64,000 nucleotides of DNA from Eubacterium sp. (lineage in GTDB: Bacteria > Bacillota > Clostridia > Lachnospirales > Lachnospiraceae), in contig JAFVGA010000001.1 in assembly GCA_017475235.1 (NCBI GenBank), positions 5,240 through 69,239 on the forward strand, given 5' to 3'. Positions 8,582 through 18,507 of this stretch are shown here, in pieces. A program made the position numbers and the translations under genes. The notes under the pieces are model-generated. The model worked only from the letters and a program-made list of their open reading frames with translations. It did no database searches and had not been told where the DNA came from. Each line of letters opens with the position of its first letter. Position 1 is the stretch's first letter.

Positions 8582-10129
8582 TCATATCATCAGAATGAAA
8601 TTACAAGCTTCATCCATAATCCTGTCGATTACGAGGTCACACTTGTTATTTGGTATCTTTACACCATCTAATTCAGAATCATAGAAGTCTATAATTCTGA
8701 AATCTGACGTCAGTATCGTGGCAATTATTTCAATCACATAGCCGATTGTTTTCTGATCCATATACTTCTGTCTGACTAATTTAAAAGATTCAAGTCTTTC
8801 GAGTTTTTCTAATTCCCTTTTGCTAATAGAAGTTCTATTAGAAATGCGTTCTACGAATCCCCCGAATATTTCTGCCATGAAAATTAACCCTTTTCCTTTT
8901 AGCAGTCTCTTACCAATAATCATGAGTCGCACATAATCACTGGCAACTATCTCCTTGATCGAAGCAGTATCACCAAAGTACTTCATGAATAAATTCAATA
9001 CAAGTGATCTTTGGAATGAATCCTGCAATTGTCGTTTTCCATTACACGTCAATGTTCTGATATAGTAGTTCATCTCTGCTTTAGAGATATCCTGTCCCCA
9101 CTTATCAATTATCTCCTTCATGGTATACTCAGCGTTAACGATATTCTGAAGCATTAAAGCTTCGTCAGTTCTGATACACTGAGATTCGAACTTATCGTAT
9201 GGTGATGCATTATCTTCTCCTTCTCTGTTAGAAGAATTAAGATTTCTTACATCATATTCATACGGCACTTCTACAACCTTATACTTGATATCGTTCTTTA
9301 TAGTAGCGATATTCATATTGATAGGATTGTTGTTGAAGTTATACTTTGGCATTACATTGAGAATGATATTGTCTATCGTATACATAGTATTGATGACCTT
9401 ATCAATTCCTCTGATGGCACACTTTTCCCAAAGCAGTTCGTCATTCTTCGACAGACGATTTACATTTGTAAACACTGTCTCTTGAATTTTAGCATGGATA
9501 TCAATATCCGGATGGAGCTTCATAACCAACTGGAAACAAGCTGCTGTAAATCCGTCGACATCCAAAGTCTTTGCCTTATATGCGTAATGCATAATTAATG
9601 GTATCATCATATTACTGAAGACTGTAAGTTCCATAAGGAGTCTTACGTGTCTTTCTTCATAACACAATACCATATTCTGTGATGGGTATCTTTTTAATTC
9701 TACCTCAAAACAATCGTTCATAAGTCTTTCGACTTTTGCACGCATGGAGTCAGAGAGGATATACCTCTTTAAATCCAACATGAATGCTTCATCGTTGTAT
9801 GTACTTACACCGATGATATCCATCGAAGCTTTCATTCTTGCATATATAGCAAGTAATTCCTTCTCAGGATCATAGTAATTTTCGAAGTAATTCAAATATC
9901 TTATGATATGAATTTTAACCCCGTTATGCTTATCAAGATGATAGCACTTCTTTGGCTTCAATATAAAGCTATCCAGGTCTTCCTGTTTGCTTGTATCGAT
10001 GCCAGACATTTTCAATACTTGTGTAATAGGAGCTGTTATAAACTCCTTACCTGGCCTGAACACCGCTCTTGACGGTGAACAACAAAAATCATCAATTTTC
10101 GGCTTATACGTTTGATCTGCCCAAAACAT
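8582..10129 (-). CDS. Candidate sigma-like promoter-specificity subunit of the non-virion RNAP (AR9 gp226/phiKZ gp68-like)
   Basis: About 515-aa helical protein with an early promoter at 10155-10171; size and timing fit, sequence resemblance recalled but not verified. Confidence 0.4.
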   Translation of the reverse strand: MFWADQTYKPKIDDFCCSPSRAVFRPGKEFITAPITQVLKMSGIDTSKQEDLDSFILKPKKCYHLDKHNGVKIHIIRYLNYFENYYDPEKELLAIYARMKASMDIIGVSTYNDEAFMLDLKRYILSDSMRAKVERLMNDCFEVELKRYPSQNMVLCYEERHVRLLMELTVFSNMMIPLIMHYAYKAKTLDVDGFTAACFQLVMKLHPDIDIHAKIQETVFTNVNRLSKNDELLWEKCAIRGIDKVINTMYTIDNIILNVMPKYNFNNNPINMNIATIKNDIKYKVVEVPYEYDVRNLNSSNREGEDNASPYDKFESQCIRTDEALMLQNIVNAEYTMKEIIDKWGQDISKAEMNYYIRTLTCNGKRQLQDSFQRSLVLNLFMKYFGDTASIKEIVASDYVRLMIIGKRLLKGKGLIFMAEIFGGFVERISNRTSISKRELEKLERLESFKLVRQKYMDQKTIGYVIEIIATILTSDFRIIDFYDSELDGVKIPNNKCDLVIDRIMDEACNFILMI

Positions 10130-10154
10130 TTTTAATACCCCCTTGTTGTTTATT

Positions 10155-10171
10155 CCGCTTTATAATATATA
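10155..10171 (-). promoter_or_regulatory. Early-class promoter
   Basis: TATATATTAT-aaagcg-G on minus strand. Confidence 0.6.
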
Positions 10172-10174
10172 ACT

Positions 10175-10930
10175 TTACTTTCGTTTTGTTTTCTTAACTC
10201 CAGTAATGTTATTTGCAGTCTTTGAATGACCAGCACTCTTTGTTGTCTTAGTACCTCCAATAATTTTGGTATTAGAAACAGCAGAGCGAATGTCATTTAA
10301 AGGTTTGGTTATCCTAGTTACAGCACGATTTATATTCTTAACAGTCTTTGTTCTTGTTTGTCTTTTATTATATATATACGTATCGTTTGGAATACTAGCG
10401 ACAAAGATAGACCTATTAAGTTTTTGTACCCTATACGCTTTTATTGTTGGCTTCTTAAATAGATTCATCTTCTCAAGAGTAAGATAAGCAAAGTATATCG
10501 TCTTTGGATATCTAAGCTCATGATTCGGATTAGTCTGATTTGCAGGTATATTGAGTGCTTTAGAATTGAGTCTTGTCTTTAGTGGATCGACCAACAATTT
10601 ATTCTGATTGAATTCATAGCAGAATTTAAATATGAATCCTGGGTCATTAGAGAAGAAGTGTACTTCATAACCCAGAATATCACTGGCCTCTACTTCAAGT
10701 TTAGAATTCGGATGGAATACTAAAACTACATCGTAGTAGAATCCAGTCATTTCTTCATCCGGAACTTTTACGTGAAACCATATATCATCTTTCTCATAGT
10801 AGATTGCGACTGTAGGAAGCTTCTTTTCTCTTTCTATAATCGCATTTAACTTACCGAGATAGAAGTCATGAGTAATAAGATTATCTTGTCTAGACTTCGA
10901 CGGATCGTTAATATATTCTTCAATATGCAT
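10175..10930 (-). CDS. Hypothetical protein with basic C-terminal tail
   Basis: ORF with SD AAGGAGGT. Confidence 0.75.
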   Translation of the reverse strand: MHIEEYINDPSKSRQDNLITHDFYLGKLNAIIEREKKLPTVAIYYEKDDIWFHVKVPDEEMTGFYYDVVLVFHPNSKLEVEASDILGYEVHFFSNDPGFIFKFCYEFNQNKLLVDPLKTRLNSKALNIPANQTNPNHELRYPKTIYFAYLTLEKMNLFKKPTIKAYRVQKLNRSIFVASIPNDTYIYNKRQTRTKTVKNINRAVTRITKPLNDIRSAVSNTKIIGGTKTTKSAGHSKTANNITGVKKTKRK

Positions 10931-11010
10931 AAACATACCTCCTTAAATATAATTCCGAGGAGACATAGAAATCTCCTCGGGAGATTATATAGAATCGTTT
11001 ATTTCAGGAG

Positions 11011-12825
11011 TTATTTAACAAAGTAATCATGTCTGTTAAAGTCATTGATAAGCATCTGATTTGTAACAAACATGATAGACAGGATTTCAGCGATACTATT
11101 GAGAACGCACTGATCAGTCTTAATTGAAGAAAGAACTTTGCCTGCTTCATTTTCTGTTGGCCAACCGCCAAGTCTGATATTCATAGGAGAACCCATTACA
11201 AGATTTCGTTCTACAATATCAAGAGCATTTTCTTCATTACCACGGCAGTGAGTCATATAAAGCTTCTTACCGAGTTCCTTGTATGATTCGAAGAGAATAA
11301 CAGCAAGCTGTTGCATTACTTCAGCTTCATCAGTTCCAGGACGAGTATAGTTCATAATGTCTTTGAAAGCTCTTAATGCTTCGAAGTTTGCGCCATAACC
11401 TACGCCATTAACGCAAGCAGAGCGGCAGTTGAGAACAGCGTCTTCGAGCATATCGCTCTTCTGATCTCTATCCTGTGCTGAGATACCGCCAACGAAGATA
11501 TCAACCATACAACCCTTGATAGCATTAAGTCTCTGACGATACTTATATACTTCAACAATCTTCTTTCCTTCTTCCTGAGCCTTATTGTATTCAGACTCAA
11601 GCTTTGCGATATGATTGATATATACTTCTGAATGCTGAGACGGATCATTCTCATCATAGTAATACTTAGGCTTGATGAACTTCGAAGAAGTATAATCCGC
11701 TTCAACTCTGTCACAAGAACCGGCAAAAGTATGAATAAGCTTTCTTGGATTCTGAGGATCGATAGCTTCACCATTCTTGATATCAGTCTTCTCGATATTA
11801 GGATCGATATACTTTCTGATCTTCTTACAACCTGAAAGAATTGTGATGTCGTCAAATACGCCAGAATCTTCGGATGTGATATCCGAGATAATAAGAAGCG
11901 GAGGCTTAGCTATATTAGCAAATCTTCTGAATACATTATCAATGATAGCATCTATTCTTGAAGAGAAGTCTCTTGAAAGCTTAGGCATCATAATAACTGT
12001 AGGAACGAATTCAGGCTTAATTTCTTCTGCTGTAGGATCAGTCTTTCTAAGTTTAGTAGTTCTGTCTACAGCTTCCTGCATTGGCTTAACGATATTGTCG
12101 TGAACGATAGTATCGAAGAATAAGCCCATTTCAGGAGTATCAACTGGATCAGCAAAAGCATAGATCTTAGGATTGTCGATACAAGCAGTCTTATTGTCAG
12201 GCATATTAGCGAATGCCTGATCGAGTAATCCGCATTCAAGGACAAGACCATCATATTCTTTAAGGTATGTCTCATTGTTTAATGAGGCTTCTACCTTGAT
12301 ATGAACGTCATTGCCGAACTTCTCATAGATATCCATGATCAAATCAGTGAGTTCTTTATTGTTGTTTGTGGATATAGTAGCAATATCTCTGAGGTTCTCC
12401 ATTGTAGCTTCCTGCTTATGGTGCTGAATATAATCAATAGCTTCATTAACTACTTTTCTGAATGCATTGAGAACCATCTGAGCATCGAAGTATGAACCTG
12501 CCGGATATAACTTGTCGAGTTTTTCGAAGATGATATGTGAAAGGATAACGATAGATGTAGTTGCATCTCCGACTACCTTTACCTGTTCTGTACAGATACT
12601 ATCGATATTAGCAACAATAGACTGTTCAATAGGCTGATCGAATTTGATTTCTCTTAATACAGATATACCATCCTTTGTAAATCTAGGAAAAGCATTCTGC
12701 TTATAGAGCTGAGTGAGTGATCCATTTGGACCGAATGTCATGCTAAGACAGTCAGCTATCACTTTAAGAGTTTCAAGCTGTACTGCTCTTACAGTTTTAG
12801 CTGGAATTATGTTGTTTAGTGCCAT
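11011..12825 (-). CDS. groEL: Phage-encoded GroEL-like chaperonin
   Basis: TFGPNG, TKDGISV, GDATTS (GDGTTT-like), VGG...EDAV and GVGYGA motifs. Confidence 0.9.
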   Translation of the reverse strand: MALNNIIPAKTVRAVQLETLKVIADCLSMTFGPNGSLTQLYKQNAFPRFTKDGISVLREIKFDQPIEQSIVANIDSICTEQVKVVGDATTSIVILSHIIFEKLDKLYPAGSYFDAQMVLNAFRKVVNEAIDYIQHHKQEATMENLRDIATISTNNNKELTDLIMDIYEKFGNDVHIKVEASLNNETYLKEYDGLVLECGLLDQAFANMPDNKTACIDNPKIYAFADPVDTPEMGLFFDTIVHDNIVKPMQEAVDRTTKLRKTDPTAEEIKPEFVPTVIMMPKLSRDFSSRIDAIIDNVFRRFANIAKPPLLIISDITSEDSGVFDDITILSGCKKIRKYIDPNIEKTDIKNGEAIDPQNPRKLIHTFAGSCDRVEADYTSSKFIKPKYYYDENDPSQHSEVYINHIAKLESEYNKAQEEGKKIVEVYKYRQRLNAIKGCMVDIFVGGISAQDRDQKSDMLEDAVLNCRSACVNGVGYGANFEALRAFKDIMNYTRPGTDEAEVMQQLAVILFESYKELGKKLYMTHCRGNEENALDIVERNLVMGSPMNIRLGGWPTENEAGKVLSSIKTDQCVLNSIAEILSIMFVTNQMLINDFNRHDYFVK

Positions 12826-12881
12826 TATTGGAAACCTCCTAGTATAAAATTTAATATATAAAAGTTCAGACCATTGTCTTT

Positions 12882-13835
12882 TTATAATATATTAGGCCCG
12901 AAAACTTCTTCTGCTTTATATAAAGTAGTAGTACCAAAGTTATTAGTTAGACCAACTCTTACCGCTACATTAAGATCAAGAAAACCATCCCCACCTTTTT
13001 CTTCATCCATATTAAAACCATAAGTAGCACAGAGAATAGTCTGCTGTCTAAACATATATCCGGTTTCAGTAGGATAATCCAGATCTCTTTCAATCTGCTT
13101 TACATTTTTGTAGAATATAGTAGAGTAGTCTTTATAAGCTTCACAGCCAATCATCTTGCCTACTTGTACATGAATTAAAGGTTTCTTTTCATCATGCTTG
13201 TTTAAATCGTATTCTTCGTTAGAAAACATGAGGTTGTATCTTTCTTCGAATACTCTTTTTATAAGTGTAACCTGTGCTTGTATAATTTTGTCTTCATCAA
13301 TGCCTTCCATTTTAGAAGTAAACTTCATGTCATCTAAACCATTACAAAGAATAGTAACATCGTTTCCTTCCATAGAAAGACACATGATAATAAGGTCTAC
13401 TAAAGCAGTCTTTTTACTTGCAGCTATACCACAAATCTTACCATAGTCTTTAATAAGAATCTGTCTGTATAAATCATCAACTTGCTTAGCACACTCTTTA
13501 TCGTTATAGTATTCATCCTTGATAATAGCCAACGGATTCTCAGCTTTTCTTAGCATCAGATTCGTAGCAATATTTCTATAGTATGCATTGTCTAAATCTG
13601 TAGGTGAACCATATGCATCAAACTCCCAATAGTCTGTAGCATTATAGTTCATTTTAACAAGTTGAAACAGAGCAGCATCTACATCAAACAGCATCGAGAA
13701 TGGAATTATCATATTCTCGTTAAACATATTTTCTTCACACTCCTCTTTTTTGTCTGGGTTTAATTCACAGAAATGCCTATTGAGCTTTACCTGTAGTCTG
13801 TTTGGTAGTCTCAAAGAGTCATACCAACTCATCAT
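12882..13835 (-). CDS. Hypothetical protein
   Basis: Long ORF with SD GGAGAG. Confidence 0.75.
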   Translation of the reverse strand: MMSWYDSLRLPNRLQVKLNRHFCELNPDKKEECEENMFNENMIIPFSMLFDVDAALFQLVKMNYNATDYWEFDAYGSPTDLDNAYYRNIATNLMLRKAENPLAIIKDEYYNDKECAKQVDDLYRQILIKDYGKICGIAASKKTALVDLIIMCLSMEGNDVTILCNGLDDMKFTSKMEGIDEDKIIQAQVTLIKRVFEERYNLMFSNEEYDLNKHDEKKPLIHVQVGKMIGCEAYKDYSTIFYKNVKQIERDLDYPTETGYMFRQQTILCATYGFNMDEEKGGDGFLDLNVAVRVGLTNNFGTTTLYKAEEVFGPNIL

Positions 13836-13854
13836 TTGAAATCACTCTCCTATA

Positions 13855-13984
13855 AAAAATAAAAGAAACCCCCTGTAGAATATCTCTACAGGAGATTTTC
13901 TTTATAACGTCTTTGCGGAAAAAATAGGGTATATTAAGATTGCAGATCCATTCTAACAGCGAAAGGGGTTAAGCTGCTAGAATT
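13855..13984 (-). ncRNA. Candidate late small RNA A
   Basis: AACA-N6-TA at 13984-13995; 10-bp 5' hairpin with loop UUAACCCCUUUC; terminator 13855-13903; no ORF. Confidence 0.55.
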
Positions 13985-14023
13985 ACTTTTATGTTTATAT
14001 GGTAGTAAAAAATAACGGGAGCA

Positions 14024-14230
14024 CTAGGCTCCCGTTTTATTTTCTCTTTGCATAGCTATAAGTTCGGCGTACGTTATAGGCTTCCCTTCAGTAGCCTTAA
14101 ACTTACGCCTACAGTAGTACCAATCACCGTTAGAACTTGTGTAATTGGTACGAAATCTATACGGGCATGTATTTTCGCAGTATTCCGGTTCGAATTCTGC
14201 TTCTGGACATACCCTTAATAAGTCACCCAT
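14024..14230 (-). CDS. Small Cys-containing hypothetical protein
   Basis: ORF with SD AGGGGA. Confidence 0.6.
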   Translation of the reverse strand: MGDLLRVCPEAEFEPEYCENTCPYRFRTNYTSSNGDWYYCRRKFKATEGKPITYAELIAMQRENKTGA

Positions 14231-14261
14231 ATTATCATCCCCCTATATTTTTACATATAGG

Positions 14262-14708
14262 TTACTGGTGAATTATACGGATGAATTCGTCTGCTATTGC
14301 GGCTTTAACTGTTCTTGGATAAACAATTTTATCCGTAGCAGAGAATGGGTTTATGGTTGCCCCATCAAGTATTTCCAGTTTAGACTGGATTGCCGCTGAT
14401 ACACTCCCGCCTTTGCTCATATCCACAAGTAAGAATAAGAGTCCGAAGAAGGCAAAGGCGAGTGTAACAACACATGCTTTATAGTCGAGCGGAAGCTTAC
14501 CACCGTTTGCACGCTTCCTTTCTTCGGCATCAACTATGAATTTAGCGATGCCAGTGAGCAAAGCCATCATTCCTGTAATAGGAAGAGTGGCTATTAAGAA
14601 TGTGGCAACGAGAAACAGAGTCTCGTATTCGCCGTTTACTTCTTTGCAAATGTTACGGATAACACTCGCTATCCAGCGAGTGTATGCTTTTGGTAAAATT
14701 GTTTTCAT
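14262..14708 (-). CDS. Two-TM membrane protein
   Basis: Two hydrophobic segments; SD AGGGGG. Confidence 0.7.
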   Translation of the reverse strand: MKTILPKAYTRWIASVIRNICKEVNGEYETLFLVATFLIATLPITGMMALLTGIAKFIVDAEERKRANGGKLPLDYKACVVTLAFAFFGLLFLLVDMSKGGSVSAAIQSKLEILDGATINPFSATDKIVYPRTVKAAIADEFIRIIHQ

Positions 14709-14712
14709 TATA

Positions 14713-15867
14713 TTACCCCCTAGAATTTTCTAATGTGACTATATCGAAGTTCTGCGAATTAACTAATTCGATAGCCTCATCACAACGGTTATATTCAATA
14801 GTGTAGCACGCATTTTCAAATGTGCATTCACCATTGTTTCCGAGTTCTCTGAGTCTCTCGGATGATCCGGTATATGGGCCATAGTTCACTGCCCTTGCAT
14901 AGAGCAGAATGGATCTATGGTCGGTTATACCATTTTCCCGTGCATCTGCAATCACATTCTTTTCATGATTAAGAAGATATTTGATCTGAGCGTCGATAGC
15001 CCAATCTTGGATCAACACTTCTTCCAGGAATGCATGAAGGGCTGTTCCGCTATAAGCCGTAACCTCTTCCCACGAATAATCATCCACCTCTACGAGAGGA
15101 AGAATATCCGACGACCACTTATTAGCGATTCTATCGAACTCCTTCTTGTTTGTTGATCTTATTGCTTGAAGGAGAGCCTGTGCATTTACTCCCCTCATTT
15201 GAATAAGACCTATTGATACCGCTCCGAAGTCATCCTCGTTGATGGTGTTAGCCGGACCATCAGGACCTACTTCGAAATATCTATTGAACCCGAGACATCT
15301 TTCTGCTAATTCGTCATCGGATTCTACCAGATTTGTGTCGAGCACCTCAGCAAATGCAACATAGAAGTCGCCGTCTTTTACTGTATACTCTTCACCGCTG
15401 ACACCAATGAGCGTCAGGTCACTGAGAACAATCTTTTCTGGTGTTACCCAGGTTAGTTCGATTGTCATCTCGGCTCCAGCATCAACGTCGAGAGGTCGCT
15501 CTTCGCCGATGTAGAACTTCGACACTGTGGATGTTTTTCCGACCACAGCATCATAGTCTTCAGACTCTTCTGTCACCTCATCATTGAAGATTCGGTACTC
15601 ATAGAGTCCATCGCAAGGATAATAAATTACCCCCTGCACAAAGTACTCTGTTTCTAAGTGCTCTGTGTCTGCATCACTCTTAAACGATACAGATGCGATG
15701 CGTTCATCTATACCGAGCTCCTGTAAATCGATTATAATCGGAGAGGTGGAGCAGTACTCTTCGATACCATAGTCAGAGCTATTCATAATAGCCTGATGTG
15801 TCATGCCAGGTATTCCGAGACCTGCAATAACGGTTGATGTGATAAGCTTTTTAAATCTTGTATTCAT
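14713..15867 (-). CDS. Secreted protein with putative lysozyme-fold C-terminal domain
   Basis: Signal-peptide-like N-terminus; FE-x(12)-DDFGAVSIGLIQ resembles lysozyme-superfamily E...D-x-G-x-S-x-G-x-x-Q. Confidence 0.5.
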   Translation of the reverse strand: MNTRFKKLITSTVIAGLGIPGMTHQAIMNSSDYGIEEYCSTSPIIIDLQELGIDERIASVSFKSDADTEHLETEYFVQGVIYYPCDGLYEYRIFNDEVTEESEDYDAVVGKTSTVSKFYIGEERPLDVDAGAEMTIELTWVTPEKIVLSDLTLIGVSGEEYTVKDGDFYVAFAEVLDTNLVESDDELAERCLGFNRYFEVGPDGPANTINEDDFGAVSIGLIQMRGVNAQALLQAIRSTNKKEFDRIANKWSSDILPLVEVDDYSWEEVTAYSGTALHAFLEEVLIQDWAIDAQIKYLLNHEKNVIADARENGITDHRSILLYARAVNYGPYTGSSERLRELGNNGECTFENACYTIEYNRCDEAIELVNSQNFDIVTLENSRG

Positions 15868-15935
15868 TTTAGAATACCTCCCTTTAAAATTTCCACAAAG
15901 CGTTGTTGCTATGCGTATAGCGTCTTTTGACACTA

Positions 15936-15952
15936 CATCTTAATAATATACA
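15936..15952 (-). promoter_or_regulatory. Early-class promoter
   Basis: TGTATATTAT-taagat-G on minus strand. Confidence 0.7.
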
Positions 15953-16015
15953 ACCAAAAATAGAAATCGACATGGAAAACTCCATGCCAACTTCTATTAA
16001 ACATAACCCTTTTAA

Positions 16016-16729
16016 TTATCTGCCAGTAGAACCCATACCGCCTGTTCTGAGCCCTTCATTATCAGCCGGAGTTCTCATTTCAAAATCCTGCACTTCTGAT
16101 TCGAGCATTCCTACAGGTAAGAATACACCCTGAGCAAATCTGTCCCCTGCTTTATAATCCACTCGAAGAGATGTGCCGTTCTTATTGTTATTTGGCGTTA
16201 ATGATACGAATATATCTCCCTCATTATTTCCAGCGAAATAGTCCGGTTCGATTACGCCTGTACCATTAGAAAGTACAAGATTCTTCTTGATACCGGTTGA
16301 ACTTCTATCGAATACAAATAATCCGGAAAAGTTTTCTGCGTTGAATGCATTAAGATCGTATACGCATCTGATGCCAGTAGGGATATTCATTGGTGTAAGA
16401 GGCTGAACTAAGCATTCAAGATCGAAAGGTATAACGAAGTCATATCCTAAACAGAACATATTTTCTCTCTTAGGAATCTTAACGTTGTTTCTATATTCAT
16501 TTACAAAGAGCTGAATAAGCTGCGCTCTGAGATTTGAATCTGACTGATTCTTTATAAGGTTGAGTTTATCTTCCTTATCCTGAACAGATGCGTATCCTGG
16601 CACGATTTCATCTATAAAGATGCCGTGATTTATAAGATATTCTCTGCAAGACTGGAATACAATAGTATTGAGTCTATCGTTGATATACTGTTCTTCTGAA
16701 ACTTTTTCGAAGTGTGCGTGTATTACCAT
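16016..16729 (-). CDS. dut: Trimeric dUTPase with N-terminal insertion
   Basis: Motifs GYDF, IPTG, RSS, GVIEPDY, RFAQG, RTGGMGSTG. Confidence 0.9.
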   Translation of the reverse strand: MVIHAHFEKVSEEQYINDRLNTIVFQSCREYLINHGIFIDEIVPGYASVQDKEDKLNLIKNQSDSNLRAQLIQLFVNEYRNNVKIPKRENMFCLGYDFVIPFDLECLVQPLTPMNIPTGIRCVYDLNAFNAENFSGLFVFDRSSTGIKKNLVLSNGTGVIEPDYFAGNNEGDIFVSLTPNNNKNGTSLRVDYKAGDRFAQGVFLPVGMLESEVQDFEMRTPADNEGLRTGGMGSTGR

Positions 16730-16769
16730 TACATAGTCCTCCTTAAAATTAATTACTTCTCTGTTCTAA

Positions 16770-17234
16770 TCATAGTCTTCTATTACCATACTTGTCTTGT
16801 ATAATAAGGTCATCGAAGTATCCCATTTCGTTTAACTGTGCTGCTAATTTACTTACTGTATGATGATATGTCAAAACTTCAAAATGTTTCATTTCAACTT
16901 TTGCTTTACGTATAAACCTTTTAAGTTCCTCGTACACTTTTTCCAAAACAGTATAATCCAGACATGTGATAATATCATCAAAGCCCCAATCCCAACCATG
17001 TCCATAACCACAAATAATTTCGGCCTTAGCATCAAGGTGATCAACTACATCGTTTAAAGTGTTATCCATATAAGAACCAAATAATTGCATCTTATACGAA
17101 TATTCGAAGTCGGGATTTGAATTTATCTCCATAACAAAGTCGGGATATTCTCTTTCGAATTCACACATTGCTGTATTAATAATTTCCACTATCAGTTCCG
17201 TTCGCTGTTCCACTGGAATGTCTGGTCTCATCAT
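16770..17234 (-). CDS. Hypothetical protein
   Basis: ORF with SD GAGGAGG. Confidence 0.7.
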   Translation of the reverse strand: MMRPDIPVEQRTELIVEIINTAMCEFEREYPDFVMEINSNPDFEYSYKMQLFGSYMDNTLNDVVDHLDAKAEIICGYGHGWDWGFDDIITCLDYTVLEKVYEELKRFIRKAKVEMKHFEVLTYHHTVSKLAAQLNEMGYFDDLIIQDKYGNRRL

Positions 17235-17286
17235 AAATTTCCTCCTCACAAAATAAGATCAGGGAGTCCGAAGACTCCCCGAAATA

Positions 17287-18081
17287 TTAGATGTCGAGAT
17301 CGCTAAGCATAGACTCAAGATCTTCTACTGGTTCTGTTGAACCTGTGTTCATCTTTGAACCTGAGCTAGAATTGCCTGAGTTGAAGAATGAGTTATTTGA
17401 ATTTCCGTATCTTGGTCTTTCGATTCCAAGCTTATCCGAAATAGCGTCAAGCTTCTTAGTAATATAATACCCGCAAGCAACCTGCCATGAATCACAAACA
17501 GCTGCAGCTACTGCATTGTTTGTAGCATTAGCAAATGCTATAAGATTATCCTTAAATATGTTGAGTTCGAAAATGCTAGTAGCTACTTCCTTATCGAAAC
17601 TCATCTTCTTTGAATCATAGTTATGAATTCCGAAGTGGAAGTCTGCATTAAATTCGTATGCTGATGATGCAGTCACAACACCGTTGCTGTCTACATCCTG
17701 AATAATAAGAACGTATTCATCTTTGCTGATACCGATTTCATCACCCTTACCTACGAAGAGGATTCCGTTCTTTGTTGTAACGCCGTAGTTCTTATCTGTT
17801 CCGTCAATTACTCTCTCAATACCTTTAGCAAGAATTAATGCTTTGTGAGGTGTAAGATAAGCAATCTGTGCATTCTCCATATCCCAAGATGTGAACTCGG
17901 AATTATTGTCATTTGCCTTCGGAATTGCGAATGAAAGTTTCATAAGACCCTTCCAATAAGAGATTCCGAGTCTTGACTTTTCTACTTTTCCTGTTGGATT
18001 CTGTAAAGAAACACTGCTGTAGACTGTAGGTCTAAAAGCTTCTTTCTGCTGTCCATTGTCTTTGTTGCCATTAAAATCCAT
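17287..18081 (-). CDS. Putative single-stranded DNA-binding protein
   Basis: Beta-rich core, N/S/G-rich linker and acidic tail (EDLESMLSDLDI); highly expressed codon style. Confidence 0.4.
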   Translation of the reverse strand: MDFNGNKDNGQQKEAFRPTVYSSVSLQNPTGKVEKSRLGISYWKGLMKLSFAIPKANDNNSEFTSWDMENAQIAYLTPHKALILAKGIERVIDGTDKNYGVTTKNGILFVGKGDEIGISKDEYVLIIQDVDSNGVVTASSAYEFNADFHFGIHNYDSKKMSFDKEVATSIFELNIFKDNLIAFANATNNAVAAAVCDSWQVACGYYITKKLDAISDKLGIERPRYGNSNNSFFNSGNSSSGSKMNTGSTEPVEDLESMLSDLDI

Positions 18082-18113
18082 TTTATATTCCTCCCGAAAT
18101 AAATTCTTAGTGC

Positions 18114-18440
18114 TCATAAAGAGCACGACATATTATCTATTAGTTGGTCTGGTTGTATATTTACACTATCAATCATAATAGATACTACATCGTCCTTATA
18201 ATATATAACGAATTGTTTTATTAGCGTGTGAATATAGTTATTGAATGATTTATCTTCCCCGCAGCCATTTAAAGTGGTTGCGAGCAATCTCTGGATTTCC
18301 AGATCTTGATCGGTTTTGCTTATTTTAATTATAACAGTATGGTTAGAGAATGAGAGAGTGATTGCTGTTAAATTCATTGACTCCGAACTTCCTATTTTAT
18401 ATTCTAGGAAAGGCAAGTCATTTGTATACAGTATACCCAT
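18114..18440 (-). CDS. Hypothetical protein
   Basis: ORF with SD AGGAGG and late promoter 18459-18470. Confidence 0.7.
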   Translation of the reverse strand: MGILYTNDLPFLEYKIGSSESMNLTAITLSFSNHTVIIKISKTDQDLEIQRLLATTLNGCGEDKSFNNYIHTLIKQFVIYYKDDVVSIMIDSVNIQPDQLIDNMSCSL

Positions 18441-18458
18441 ATAGTATCCTCCTTTATA

Positions 18459-18493
18459 TATTGGAATGTTTAGGTGATTTGAACAAAATAATA
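18459..18493. promoter_or_regulatory. Back-to-back divergent late promoters AACA-N6-TA
   Basis: Minus 18459-18470 and plus 18482-18493. Confidence 0.75.
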
Positions 18494-18507
18494 AGGAGGT
18501 GACCGTA

